A DNA stretch of 64,000 nucleotides from Treponema sp. (GTDB lineage: Bacteria; Spirochaetota; Spirochaetia; Treponematales; Treponemataceae), in assembly GCA_016296205.1 (NCBI GenBank), contig JAEDJS010000003.1:713-64712 (forward strand), read 5' to 3'. The translations under genes and the position numbers were made by a program. Shown one piece after another: positions 48,803-61,100 of this stretch. The notes under the pieces were generated by a model. It was not told where the DNA came from and made no database searches. It saw only the letters and a list, made by a program, of their open reading frames with translations. Position 1 is the first letter of the stretch. Every line of letters starts with the position of its first letter.

Positions 48803-50818
48803 TTACTTCATTTTTGCAGCCAATGCTTTTTTTATTGCTGCTGCAAACAGTTGATTCTGATCATTTCTTAGAGGTGCGCTAAAACTTGGGCCACCGTCTT
48901 CATCATTAATACGATAAATCTGTTTACTTTCGATATTATAGGCTGGACTATCCGGATTGTTAACCCACCAGTCAAGAACTGCCATAATACATAAAGTGTA
49001 TTTTATAAGATTGGCATTTGTAGCGGCCGTGTCTGTTGTCTTTTTTGCACCAAGTAAAACATCAAGACGTTTTGAAACATTATTTGGAATATCAAACACA
49101 TACCTGTCCCATGGATTTGTAACTCCAAGAACCGGTTTTTTTGCAGCCGCATTTTCATCAATTCTTCTGGCAATAATTGTAAATGCTTTTCTTACAAAAT
49201 CAGTTCGCCTACACAATGGAATTGTTGTTTTGTCTGCTACTGGTTTTTCCAAAAGAAATAGAGTAAATTCATAATGAGGAAGGAAGTATGCTCGTGTCAT
49301 CCAGTTCATATTCTGTAAAGCTTCTTTACCATACTGACTTTTTGCATAATCAGGCTGGGAATAAAGTGAATTTACAAAATTGCGCAGATAGTCACCGTAT
49401 TTTTTCTGGAATAAATTTTCCCTGTACATTGTCCAGTCATTTAGAATACTGGAAATTGAATCTTTCATTTGAGAAATTTTCTCGTCATTATCAAAATTAA
49501 ATTTTACGTTTCTTAATCCCTGGAAACAATCTTCAAGAATACGGAGCAAAACAACTGTAACCTGCAACCCGTTTTTAGGACTAAGCATATTAAAACCGTC
49601 CTGGAATTTGTACAACGGCTGGAAGTAAGGATACATATCTGGAAGTTCATTCAACCTTGAAAAACCTGCATCCGGGAAAAGCTGCTCAAGAATTTTAATA
49701 CCTGTGGCAACAATTTCATCTTTTCTGCCAGGAGTGTTCCGTTCTTCTTCTGCTTTTTTGATGGCTTCTTGTTTTTCCTTCTGAATCTGTTCTAGACTTT
49801 TTTTCTTTTTTTCCGGTAAAAGCAATTCAAATTTTGTCATACCAAGGAAAGCAAGAATATCCCCGATTTTAGTTGTAAAAAATTGCGGAAAAGTAACAAA
49901 TTCAGAAGTACACATACGCATAAGCAATGGGTACAAACCTTTAATAATCTGGTTATAAATATAAATCCATTCAGTGATAACTTCTTTTGCAAGCAGCTGA
50001 CATTTTTTCTTATCCATGTCTGTGTAGGTGATTAAATCAGCATATACTTCTTTAACTAATGATGGAACCTGCTGGTCGCCAATGTAATAAATAGTAATAA
50101 GCTGACGATATACTGCTTTAATAAAAGGAATCATCTGAGCAACAGACATATCAGCGGCACCATTTTCTATATCTATCGCTAAAGTTTTTACGTCTTTAAG
50201 ATTCCATTTTCCTACAGTTCTAAGGAATTTAAATTTCATGTCGCCTTCGGTGGCAATTTTACTTTTATAAGTGTCTGGAGCAATTTGAATAAAGGTTTTA
50301 ATTGTGCCAACAAAGTTCTGCATGTGTTCAACGTGTTTTTTTATTGAATAATTTGCAAAGCTCTGCAAAACTTTTTCTTTGTTTTTTGCAGACATAAGAA
50401 AAATAAAATTCAGAAGTCCATAATTTGGTTTGATGCCGTATTCAACAGACATCATAAGTTTATTCATTGCTTTAAGATTTTTGTTGGTAATAGCAGGTAA
50501 TTCGGCTTCCGTTTTGATCCTCCGTGTAGTGCTTTCAACAATTTTATCTACACTAGCTGTTGGTTTATTATTTGAAGTAGAAGACAAAGCAGCACTTTGA
50601 CTTGCAATATCGGCACTGGTACGCCCAGTTGGTCTGATTACTTCATTGATTTTTGCACGTTTTGGCATGGAACTTGTGTCTATTGGAACTGATTTTTCCG
50701 AAAGAATTTCACCTCCGAGAATTCCAATCATGCGGTTTGCTTCTTCGTTGGAAATGGCACCAATATTTTTACGAGTATGTTCTATTGTTCCAGGTTCGAG
50801 TGTTCTTTTTTCCGGCAT
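48803..50818 (-). CDS. Hypothetical protein, 671 aa, predicted largely helical
   Basis: Long ORF with AGGA SD; no motif recognised. Confidence 0.75.
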   Translation of the reverse strand: MPEKRTLEPGTIEHTRKNIGAISNEEANRMIGILGGEILSEKSVPIDTSSMPKRAKINEVIRPTGRTSADIASQSAALSSTSNNKPTASVDKIVESTTRRIKTEAELPAITNKNLKAMNKLMMSVEYGIKPNYGLLNFIFLMSAKNKEKVLQSFANYSIKKHVEHMQNFVGTIKTFIQIAPDTYKSKIATEGDMKFKFLRTVGKWNLKDVKTLAIDIENGAADMSVAQMIPFIKAVYRQLITIYYIGDQQVPSLVKEVYADLITYTDMDKKKCQLLAKEVITEWIYIYNQIIKGLYPLLMRMCTSEFVTFPQFFTTKIGDILAFLGMTKFELLLPEKKKKSLEQIQKEKQEAIKKAEEERNTPGRKDEIVATGIKILEQLFPDAGFSRLNELPDMYPYFQPLYKFQDGFNMLSPKNGLQVTVVLLRILEDCFQGLRNVKFNFDNDEKISQMKDSISSILNDWTMYRENLFQKKYGDYLRNFVNSLYSQPDYAKSQYGKEALQNMNWMTRAYFLPHYEFTLFLLEKPVADKTTIPLCRRTDFVRKAFTIIARRIDENAAAKKPVLGVTNPWDRYVFDIPNNVSKRLDVLLGAKKTTDTAATNANLIKYTLCIMAVLDWWVNNPDSPAYNIESKQIYRINDEDGGPSFSAPLRNDQNQLFAAAIKKALAAKMK

Positions 50819-50890
50819 TTTTTTCCTATTAATACAATTTTTAAAATTTTTACATACTTAATTCGATTATATCACATCGATTATATCATA

Positions 50891-51958
50891 TTATAGTCGA
50901 ATTAGGTATTTTTTTATAATTCCATCTAATTTTTTGAATGTGTACTTATGACCGTTAGAATCCATCAGGGTGCCTTCAAAAGTTCCGTAAATGTAATTAA
51001 AATCAAAACGGACGGCAATAAAATTTGCTTTGTCCTGGATAAAGGATTTTGGTTCAAAGTTAAGGTCAATCATGTTTTCCATATCCTGAATAACCCATGT
51101 TTTGCTTATTCCCATTGGCTGAGTAATTGTTACTGGCGGCAAAGGAGTTGGAATTCCATCAACAAAAAGCACATTATGATTGTAGGTATCTTGGTCAACT
51201 GCATTGTGGCTGCTTACTGATATGCGGAAACTAAGCTGATGGCCGTCTATTTGTCCCATTCCGCAGAGCATTGTTCCTTTTGAGTGGAATCTAAGGTAAA
51301 CACGCCGCATGTCAAAAATGGAAATACCGTCTGTGTCTTCCATTGTAACTGGTTTTTGACCTTGAGGTTTGAGTGTTATTGCCCCGTGGATTGAAGATGT
51401 AAATGTATGAACTGCTGAACATCTGCGCTGAGTAGGAGACGGACAAACAGTTGTAATTTCGGCAAAATTTGGATCACTAAAACTGGAAATAAGTGCGGCA
51501 TTTGATTTAGGCCGGCCGTTTTTTCCTTTTAAATTGAATATAATAGAAAATTTGTTAGCTTTTCTATCCCATGCAATTCGAATATAACGGCTTTTTCTGT
51601 AACTTAAAGTTGCTGCACAATCCAGTGAATGGGGAACAAATCTGCGGCGGGGTCCCATTATTGAACGGTATTTAATCTTTTGGAGTGTTTTTGTATTCCA
51701 AAGAAAAACTGTTGCATATCCAAAAGCTTTTGCGTCAAAAAAATCAATAGCACAGGCATAATCGCCAAGTTTAACAAAGGTAGAAAGTCGGCACTTAATT
51801 CTAAGATTAGTGATTATTGAGGGCATAAAAAGTGCACCGAAGGGCCGGATAACACCACGAATGTCGAGACGATTAACATGTTCAGTATATGTTCCGAATA
51901 CAGGTTTACCTTTAACAACAAGTTTTTCGGGAGCCTGGTTAATTTGCCGGTTATACAT
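50891..51958 (-). CDS. DUF2804-like protein
   Basis: GKPVFG N-terminus; W.I.D...IDL.F.P and YIYGTFEG C-terminus resemble DUF2804. Start moved to ATG 51958 (TTGCAC-17-TAAAAT upstream). Confidence 0.65.
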   Translation of the reverse strand: MYNRQINQAPEKLVVKGKPVFGTYTEHVNRLDIRGVIRPFGALFMPSIITNLRIKCRLSTFVKLGDYACAIDFFDAKAFGYATVFLWNTKTLQKIKYRSIMGPRRRFVPHSLDCAATLSYRKSRYIRIAWDRKANKFSIIFNLKGKNGRPKSNAALISSFSDPNFAEITTVCPSPTQRRCSAVHTFTSSIHGAITLKPQGQKPVTMEDTDGISIFDMRRVYLRFHSKGTMLCGMGQIDGHQLSFRISVSSHNAVDQDTYNHNVLFVDGIPTPLPPVTITQPMGISKTWVIQDMENMIDLNFEPKSFIQDKANFIAVRFDFNYIYGTFEGTLMDSNGHKYTFKKLDGIIKKYLIRL

Positions 51959-52049
51959 AATTACAATTTTAATAGAAAAATGAATAGCGTGCAAGTTGAA
52001 TTTAAATCATTTGACTCTTTAAAAAAATCAAAAAAATCTCAAATATCTC

Positions 52050-52078
52050 TAGACAATTGGGTAAAAGGGAATTAAACT
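52050..52078 (+). promoter_or_regulatory. Sigma70 promoter of the giant lipoprotein gene
   Basis: TAGACA-17-TAAACT. Confidence 0.6.
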
Positions 52079-52171
52079 GTAAATAGATTTAAAGAATTTC
52101 ACAGTTTGCACCGAAATTCGTAATTGAGTTATTGTCTCAAGAGAAAGTAATTTGTACATCGGGGGTACAAA

Positions 52172-55100
52172 ATGAAAAATTTTATTAAGATTTTTGTTTC
52201 GTTGGTAAGCGTTATTTTTATTGGTGTTTTATTGTCTTGCGAAATTGGATTGGGAAAACAGGTAGACGTAGGTTATCCAAGTTTTTCTATTGATTATCCT
52301 CCAACAGATAGTATTATTCGCGACTCATTTTATATTGAAGGTTCTTGTACCGACGATGTGGGCGTGTCTGCTATTAGAGTAAAAATAATCAACAACTCAA
52401 ATCCTGGACAGGAAGAATGGCAGTATGCAGAAATTTTGAATGACGGTAAGAATAATAAAGAGGGTTCCTGGCGCCTTAAAATTGATCCGTTTACAGTGGA
52501 TGAAGAAGGAAATATAAACCGCATTTATCATGATGGTTCGTATACTGCACAGGTTGTTGCTTACGATAAAGCCGGTCATAAATCAACTGTGGGATCATTG
52601 AGTTTTTCTATTGATAATACTGCTCCTGTTTTTATTGTAACGAGTCCTGCCTCAATGAAACTTCAGAGCCCAACACCATACGGACGAAAATTTTCAATTG
52701 CCGGTTATGTTAGTGAAGATCACCTTATAAGTCAGTTGAATGTGGCTGTTTATGATAAAGATAATAACCTTGTTGGCGATAAAATTTCATTTTTTAATGT
52801 AGACCCAAGTTCAATTCAATCTGGAAAAATCATTGCTCAGTGGAGTGCTTCGGCTCAGAATTATCTTGATGCAGTAGAAGCTGGAGTTGATGCTGTAAAT
52901 CCTGGTGATGAAATTGTTTTGCTTCATAATAATTATTTGAAACTTTATAACGGTGGCAATAAAATTAACATGGCTAATCCTGAAAGCCTTGAAACTCACA
53001 GCTACAATGTAACTATTGAAATGATTGATAATGCTCAGTGTTATAAAGGACGCTCTGTTCCTGCAGATTCAGAAGATTCTATTGGTAACAGAACAACTGT
53101 TTTTTACAACAATGATAAAATAAATAAAAGCCTTTTGAGTTCAAACGGGTATGGTCTTACTGTTGATGAACTTAAGAAAATTATTAATGGCACTTACAAA
53201 AAGGAAAAAAATTCCCGGGCATTAGGAAGTAAAAATATTGATGTTAAAGAAGTTTTGGAAATTCTTGGAACAGGTGAAATCAACAATATTGATAAACGCA
53301 GTGCATTTAGTTTGAATCCGGACGCTTCTCCAAAATTTACAGTAATTGGTCTTACTTACGGTACAGAAGGTCAGCCAAGTCCTGCATCTAATGAAAAGGC
53401 AGCGGGAACAATTATCAGTTATACAGTAACAGCTGGTCGTGATAATATAAGAGTTGAACCTTGGAATTTTAGTGTTCTTTTGTACAAAGGTTCTGTAGTT
53501 GATGGAAATTATGTTTTTGAATCGGAGCCTTATGTAATTAAGAATGTTGAGTATAAGGAAGATAATGGTTCAACTTCAAATTATACGGGAAGTTTCCAGC
53601 TTACAGATTCTTACCAGTTGCCAGAAGGAACAGAAGTACCGGCAGGAATGGAAAAACTTGTTGGACGTGGTGTAATTAATGGTATTGCCTGCGATGTTTT
53701 GAAGGTTGCAAAAAGAACTGTAAATGTAGATGGCGGATATAAATATGTTGATAGCGATATTATTCAGTTTGTTCCAGGAGATGTTTATAAAGTAGAAATT
53801 GAAGGTTGGGACCAGAACGAAGAAAGTGTTTATCCAGAAGGCTTGTTGAGTTTTGGTTTTGCAGTTGCTCCCAGTGGAAATGCACCAAAATTGGAAAGGG
53901 GCCCATCAGATTCTAAAGATGATTATCTGATTAATCCTGCAAACAATGGATTCGTAAAAAATAATAAAATTATTTATAGCGGAGAAATTAGAAGCGAAAA
54001 AGAATTATCTTCTCTTGAAGTTGAATTCAATGTAGAAAAACCTCTGGAAAGTTCAAGTTCAGAAAGAGATTTTGCAAGTGCCAAATTGATTTCTGCAGTT
54101 GATGGAATTCATGTTAAAAAACTTGGAAAAGTTAATGGCGAAAATCAGTATTCATTTGAATTCAGCATTGACGATTTAATTTCTGAATCAACAGCTCCAT
54201 CGGCAAGTTATAAATATTCAGAAGAAATTAAAAATGCTCTTCTTAATAATAGCGATACAATTTATCAGTATCAGATTAGTTTTACAGCTTACGATAACAG
54301 TCAGGCTCCTTCTAACACAAGTCAGGTATTCCTCAACGTGGACCCAATTGCTCCAACTGTTAGTCTTGCAGAAGATTTTGTAAATCCGGCTCAAAGTGAT
54401 GCTCTTGTTAGTGAATACAAACTGATTAACGGTATTGTAAACATTAAAACAACAATTACAGAAGACAACATCGATAGAGTTTGGTATGAAGCAAAATTTG
54501 GTACAGCAGGAAACTATACTGATCTTTATATGATGAATGGTGGGGAACTTACAGAAGTTCTTTATTCAACAAAAACTGCAGAAATTCGTGATACTTTTGA
54601 CACTCTTTGCGCAACAAAAAAATATTATGACGTAGAAAGAAATCCAGTTGTAATTGCAGACAATTGTGAATTGGTTTTAACTGTATTTGCCAGAGACAAA
54701 TCAGGAAATGTAACAAGTAAGAGCAAAACTTACTACATCAATCAGGAAAGCGATAAACCAATTATTAGTTTTACAAACGTTGAAGAAACTATCGAAGATG
54801 TAGGCGGTATCAGAGAAGCAAATATTTCTGGTAAAGCAAAGAACAATATTTTTGCATCTAGCCAGCAGGGTCTGAGCGGTTTTGTAACAGATGATGATGG
54901 ACTTAAACAGATTAAAGTTGAATTCTTTAAAGACAAAGAATGCACAGAGGGTGCTGGTTCAAAAATTATTAACATTACAGACGGAAGTACTTCTTGGAAC
55001 AGCATGGAAGAACAGTTTAAAGTTCCAAAAGAAGAAGGCGTATATTATGCAAAGGTAACTGCAGTTGATATAAACAATGTTAATAAAGAAAGCAGATTGT

Positions 55101-58100
55101 TTGCTATTGCAGTAGACAGTGGTGTACCTAATATTGTAATTACTGGATATGACGGAAAATATTTTGCTTCTAAGGAAAGTAGTTCTGACGATGCTAGAAC
55201 AATTTCCGGAACAGTTTCAGACAGTAGCAAATATCTTAAAATTAAAGTTTCTGGTGTAAAAATCAATGATAATCAGACAACAACAGAAACTCCAGATATT
55301 TCTACAAATTATAATGATGAAGTAGAAATTCCGGCAGCAAGCATTAATTCTGTTGGTGATTATTCATTTAAAGATATTCTCAAAACTCCTGCAAAGGATG
55401 GTACTTACAGTTATGTAATTACAGCTGAAGATTTGTATGGACGAAAAGCAGAAAAGACAATTCAGTATAAGGTTGACGTTACAAAACCTTATGCATTTGC
55501 ACTATTCGAAAGAGGTTCAGAATTGAGCCCAGCAGGTGCAAAAACAACTTCTCCAAAATTCTACATTCTTGCCAGTGATGAAATTAATGGTACAGGCGCA
55601 ATTATTGGGGCAAGTTCAAGTGGAGTTCTTTCTATTGATTATTCAAATCAGTATAAAGATGGAACTTGGAAAGACGGTGACTCTTCTGCCTGGGACATTA
55701 CAAGCCGCGGAAATATCAGTGCAAAAGAAATTACTGTTGATCACGAAGCTTATGCAGCAGTAATGACAAAAGTTGGAACTCTCACAGATGAACAGAAAGC
55801 AAAACTTAAAGTTTACGGCGGAACAGTTATCCTCCAGGATGGAAAAACAAATAAAGTTTCATTTGTAATTAAAGATGCTGCAGGTAACGAACTGATTTTA
55901 AAAGATGCTCTTTATATTGATATTGATAACAGTGCTCCAACAATTCAAGTTGGAAATGATGTTTCTACTATTCAAGCTGATACAGTTGATTTAGGAACTT
56001 CAAACGTAAAAGAAGATGTTACATTCAATGTTACATTTACAGAAAATTTGAAATTCCAGGATAGAAATCCAATTAGTTGTGTTGTTACAAATTCATTGGG
56101 AGAAGTTACTATTGGAACAGATTACGTATTTAGTGACAATGAAGTTGTAGCAGGCAAAAAAATTGTAAGAAAAATTTCTCTCCCAAAAACTGGAAAGCAC
56201 GACGGTAACTGGACATTTAAATTTACTTGTAAAGACAGCGCAAACATGAGTGCTACAAAGACAGTAAAAATTCTTGTTGATACAACAGCACCAGTTTACA
56301 AATCAATGAAAGTTGGTAAGTATGGTTATGAAGCAGGACGCTGGTCAGAAAGTGGAACATTTACTCTTGAAGGAACATGGACAGAAGCTGGCAGTGGAAT
56401 TACAATGCTTGAATACTGGTTTACAAATTCAAGCACAGTTCCAGGTAAAGATGTTGCCGCCGATGGTTCAATTAATCCTGCACAGGGAAAAGGCGACAGT
56501 GCCAGCGACTGGACATTCAAACAGAATTTTAACTTTGACGATGGCGAAAATTATTTCTATATTCGTCCAACAGACGAAGCAGGAAACGTTGGTGAATATC
56601 AGCAGTTCCACTTTAATGTTGATACAACAGTGCCAGAATTAACAATCACTGGTGATACAGAAATCTTTAAGCGTTCAGATGATACAATTACAATTTCTGG
56701 TACTCTTAGTGATAGCGTTTCTTATCTTAATAACTGGTATGCAATCCGTATTTTTGCTGGTGATTACAATAAGAACTATCTGGACTATGAAAACAGTGCA
56801 GTTCAGCATTACTCAAATGAAGTTGGATTTGCTGCTAGCCTGCATGACTGTTCTGCAAAGGGATGTAACCCTGTTCATACACCAGATAATTTGCAAAATT
56901 GGAGACCAAGTGGTTCACAGATTTATGCATTTGACAAATCTGGCAGCTTTAGCATAAATATCGATAAATCAAAACTGCCAAGAGAAAATGGCAAACTTAA
57001 AACTCAGTATATTCTCAGTGTTGTTGGTGAAGACTACAAAGAAAACCGTTCTACAAAAACAGTTACACTCAACCTGGATGATGAACTTCCAACTGTAACA
57101 ATCAATGCTATTCATAATCTGGTTAATCGTAACGAAAAAACAAATAACGTTAATAAGAGCTTTACAATTCAGGGTACAAACACAGACAATGATAAAGTAT
57201 CTTCTAAATCAATTAAAATTTACAAAACAAATGATCCTTTAAAAACTGATGTTTCTGGAACTACTGGACTTGTATCAGAAGATAGCGAAAGTCTTATTAC
57301 AAAGTGGAAGTATACAATTGATTCTTCTAAGCTCGATGATAAAACTTCTTATACAATTGAAGTAACAGCAACAGATAGAACTGGAAATTCAAATAAAGCT
57401 TCACAGGAAGTTTATGTTGACCAGAGCACAGATATTCCGTATTTCTCTTCTACAAATGCAAATGTTGATGCCGTTGAAGCAAAAACAAATCTTTTTGGTA
57501 TGGGCAACTGGAGCATTAAGGGTGTTGCAGAAGATGATGATGGAATCAAGTTGATTACATACAAAATTGGAAGCGGTGTGGAAACAATTTATTTCCCAAC
57601 TGGTTCAGAAACAGCGGGAACAACTTCAAAATCTTGTGAATTCCCAATTCCAAGAAATCTCTCTGGTGAACAGACACTTACAATTAAAGTAACTGATGTT
57701 TCTAATGTTACCCTTACAAAGACAATTAAGTTTGCAGTTGATAATGATGCACCAAGTTTGTCTATAAGCAAAGTAAATAACAAGTCTTATGCCAGCGGTA
57801 TGTTTGTAAAAGCCGCATTTGATATTGTACTTCAGGGAACAGACTCTAGCAACGATGTAATTGTTTACGAAATTGACACAGACGGAAACAAAATCGGAAG
57901 CAACCTTAGTAAGTCTGGAAGCTTGTTTACAGCAGCCATCGAAGGTGAACAAGATACAGGTGGCGTGGCAAAGAGCAGAATGTATAAGGCAGAAGATAAA
58001 TATGGCCGCTATACAGAAACAACTGTAACTTACAAAGTAGATACAAAAAATCCAACAATAGATAATACAAAATTTGTAATCCGTGGTGGTAACTCTGGAG

Positions 58101-61100
58101 ATAAGTCAATTAGTGATTTGCCATCTACATGGTTCAACAGCCAGAGTGTAACAATCGCATCTGTTGTAAATAATGAAGCAATTAGTGATGTAAACCTTTC
58201 GTCTACTGTAAATGTTAGAATCTCTGGAGACACAAGTGCTGTAAACAGTTTTGATTTAACAAACACAAACGGTAATGGTTCGTTTACAAATAATCAGTCG
58301 TTGAATAATGGTACAAGCGTGGTTTTACTTACATTCAGTGATGAAGCAAACCATACAATCTATAGTGATTTTGCAGTTAATGTTGATACAGTTGAACCAT
58401 TCATCGCCTCAAGATCAATTCTTTCTGAAACAGGTTCAACTTTGTCGGAAACAAGTGTAGTTAATGGAGCAAAAGTAACAGCAAAAATCTCTGTAACAGA
58501 TACAGCAAGTGTTGAAACTTCTGGATTAAAGAAGGCATACATCGGTACAAGAGCAGGATTTACAGATGCTGCCGCAGAAGTAAGTTTGACTGGAAAAAGT
58601 GTAACCGATAAAACAGTTGATATTCCAGCTGCAAAACTTACAAGAGGACGCAATGAATTGTATCTTCGTGTAGAAGACAATGCCGGAAACATAACAGCAG
58701 ATACTTCTATTGGAGAGTTCATCTGGGATACAACTCCACCTGTTGTAAAAATCTCTATCCCTGCTGATGGTTCAACTGTTAATAAAACAATTGAACTTTC
58801 TGGAACAGCAACAGATGATAACTTGGATATTAATGCAAGACCTTCGCTGTACATTGACGATTCTGCAACACCAGCAGTAACCGGTGCAACATCATTTGAT
58901 GGTTCAAGCTGGACAATTACAGGAATCGACACAACTGCTTTAACAGACAATGCAAATCATAGATTTACAGTTAAGTTTACAGACAAAGCAGGAAATACAA
59001 CTTCAGAAAATAATACAATTACTCTCACTGTAAATCAGAGTAAAGACCGCCCTGTAATTACAATGCTCAGTATTCCAACTCCAAACGGATCAACTGTACC
59101 AATGCTTAAAACAAAACAGCTCTTTGGTATTGTAAGCGACGACGATGGAACTGTAAAGAATTTGTGGTACATCGACAGTGCAGATTATGTAGAATCAAAT
59201 GTTCCAAGTGCTGGAAACAATAACGGCTGGACACCAATCACTTTGGATAACTCAAGCTGGAACCTGGAAGCTAACTGTGCAGACGGTGAACATACATGGT
59301 ACTTCTATTGTATTGATGCAAAAAATACTTCATTCTCTACAAAGGCAGCTAATGTTTCTGAACGAATTGTTTATAAGTATAAAGATTCTGCAACAGAATA
59401 CGCAGCAAATACAGGAATTAAATTCCAGTTCGATACAACTTCTCCAGAAATTCAGACAATTGAATATGCACGGGAATCTTCTACTGTAACAACAGCGGCT
59501 TCAAGCTATTCAACTTCTAACTGGATTAGTTTAAGTGATACATATTTTGGAGCAAACTATAGTAAACTTTATCTTAAACTTACAATTCAGGAAGATGTTG
59601 CAATGGATTCAACAAATCCTCTTGAAATTTCAATTGGAGGAATTGACGTTGCACTTTCTGGAAATATAAGCAGCAGCAGTTCAATTGTTGCAGGAAAGAA
59701 AATTTACACATATATCGTTGGTCCAATCGACATGGCAAGTGGTGCTTATGGAGACGGAAGCCAGGTTATTAACGTTGTGGCAAAAGATGCTGCAGGTACA
59801 AAGGGATATAAAAATATTTCTATTAAAGTTGATAACACACCTGGTTCAAATACAGTAACAACACCTTCTAGTTCAACTCGTTTGATTAGTGGCCCAATAG
59901 TAATGGGTACAGTTCAGGATGGTGGAAGTGGAATTAAGAGCTTTAGCTGGATGGTTCCTGCAAAGGGTGTAACTCCAACAACAAGTACTAAAGCTGGATG
60001 GAATCTTGTAACAGAAGAAGATGGAATAACTCCTTCTACTACAACATGGTCATTCGCTTTGAACGACAGCGGAATTGGCAGCCTTACAAATATTGCAACT
60101 TATGCAGATGCTTCTAAATATAACGTTGTTACAAATGGTTCAATTTACACAATTCCACTGTACTTCCTTATTGAAGATAACCTTGGAAATCTTAGTGTAA
60201 TGAGTCACAATATTACATACGATGTTGACGGTGGTAAACCTGTTGCATATATTCTGCAGCCAGACGGAGAAAGCGCACTTGGTGGTGTAATTCGTGTTTA
60301 CGGTTCTGCTCAAGATATGAATGGTTCTATTAGCGAAGTACACTTGCAGATGGACTTTAACGGTGACCATAACTTTAACGATGCAGATTACGCAATTGTA
60401 AAAGCATGGAAGGATGCAGGTTATGCTCCATATAACGAAGCCGGTGTACTTGTTGATAAAGCAAATGGAAGAAACGGTGAATGGTATATTAAAGTGCCAA
60501 ATGGTTCAGAAAACTGGAACATCCTTTTGAATCGCCATGGAGAATTTTATACATATTCAACAAGTAACAACGTAAATAACAAACTCCAGATCCGTGTTCG
60601 TGCATACGACAACGATACACAGACTCACGGATGGTACGGTATGGAAAGTGGAAAACATTCTGAATATGTAACATTTACAATTAATACCGACAACCCAACA
60701 TTTGAAAATGTTCGCCTCACAAAAGCAGACGGTACTGCAATTTCTTACAACGGAACCACAGAATTTGTTACAACAACTGGCGGTGACTGGTTCCTTGAAG
60801 GTGATATTAAACATGCAGAAGGTATCAAGTACGTAGAAGTTAAATCGAACAATGCAGAAGGTGGAACTTACAATGCATCTTGGTCACAGGGTAATACTCT
60901 GCCAGAAAGCGGACAGTTGATTCTTACAAAAGGCACAGAATCTTCTACAAAACCAGGATACTTTAACTACAGCTTTAAGATTAAGATTGATCCTTTACTT
61001 GCAGCAGCAGGAAGTAGCATTGAAGCAACAATTAAGGCAACAGCAAACAACTCAAATGCAAACACTGGTTCAACCCCAATGGCATTCAAGATTGATAACG

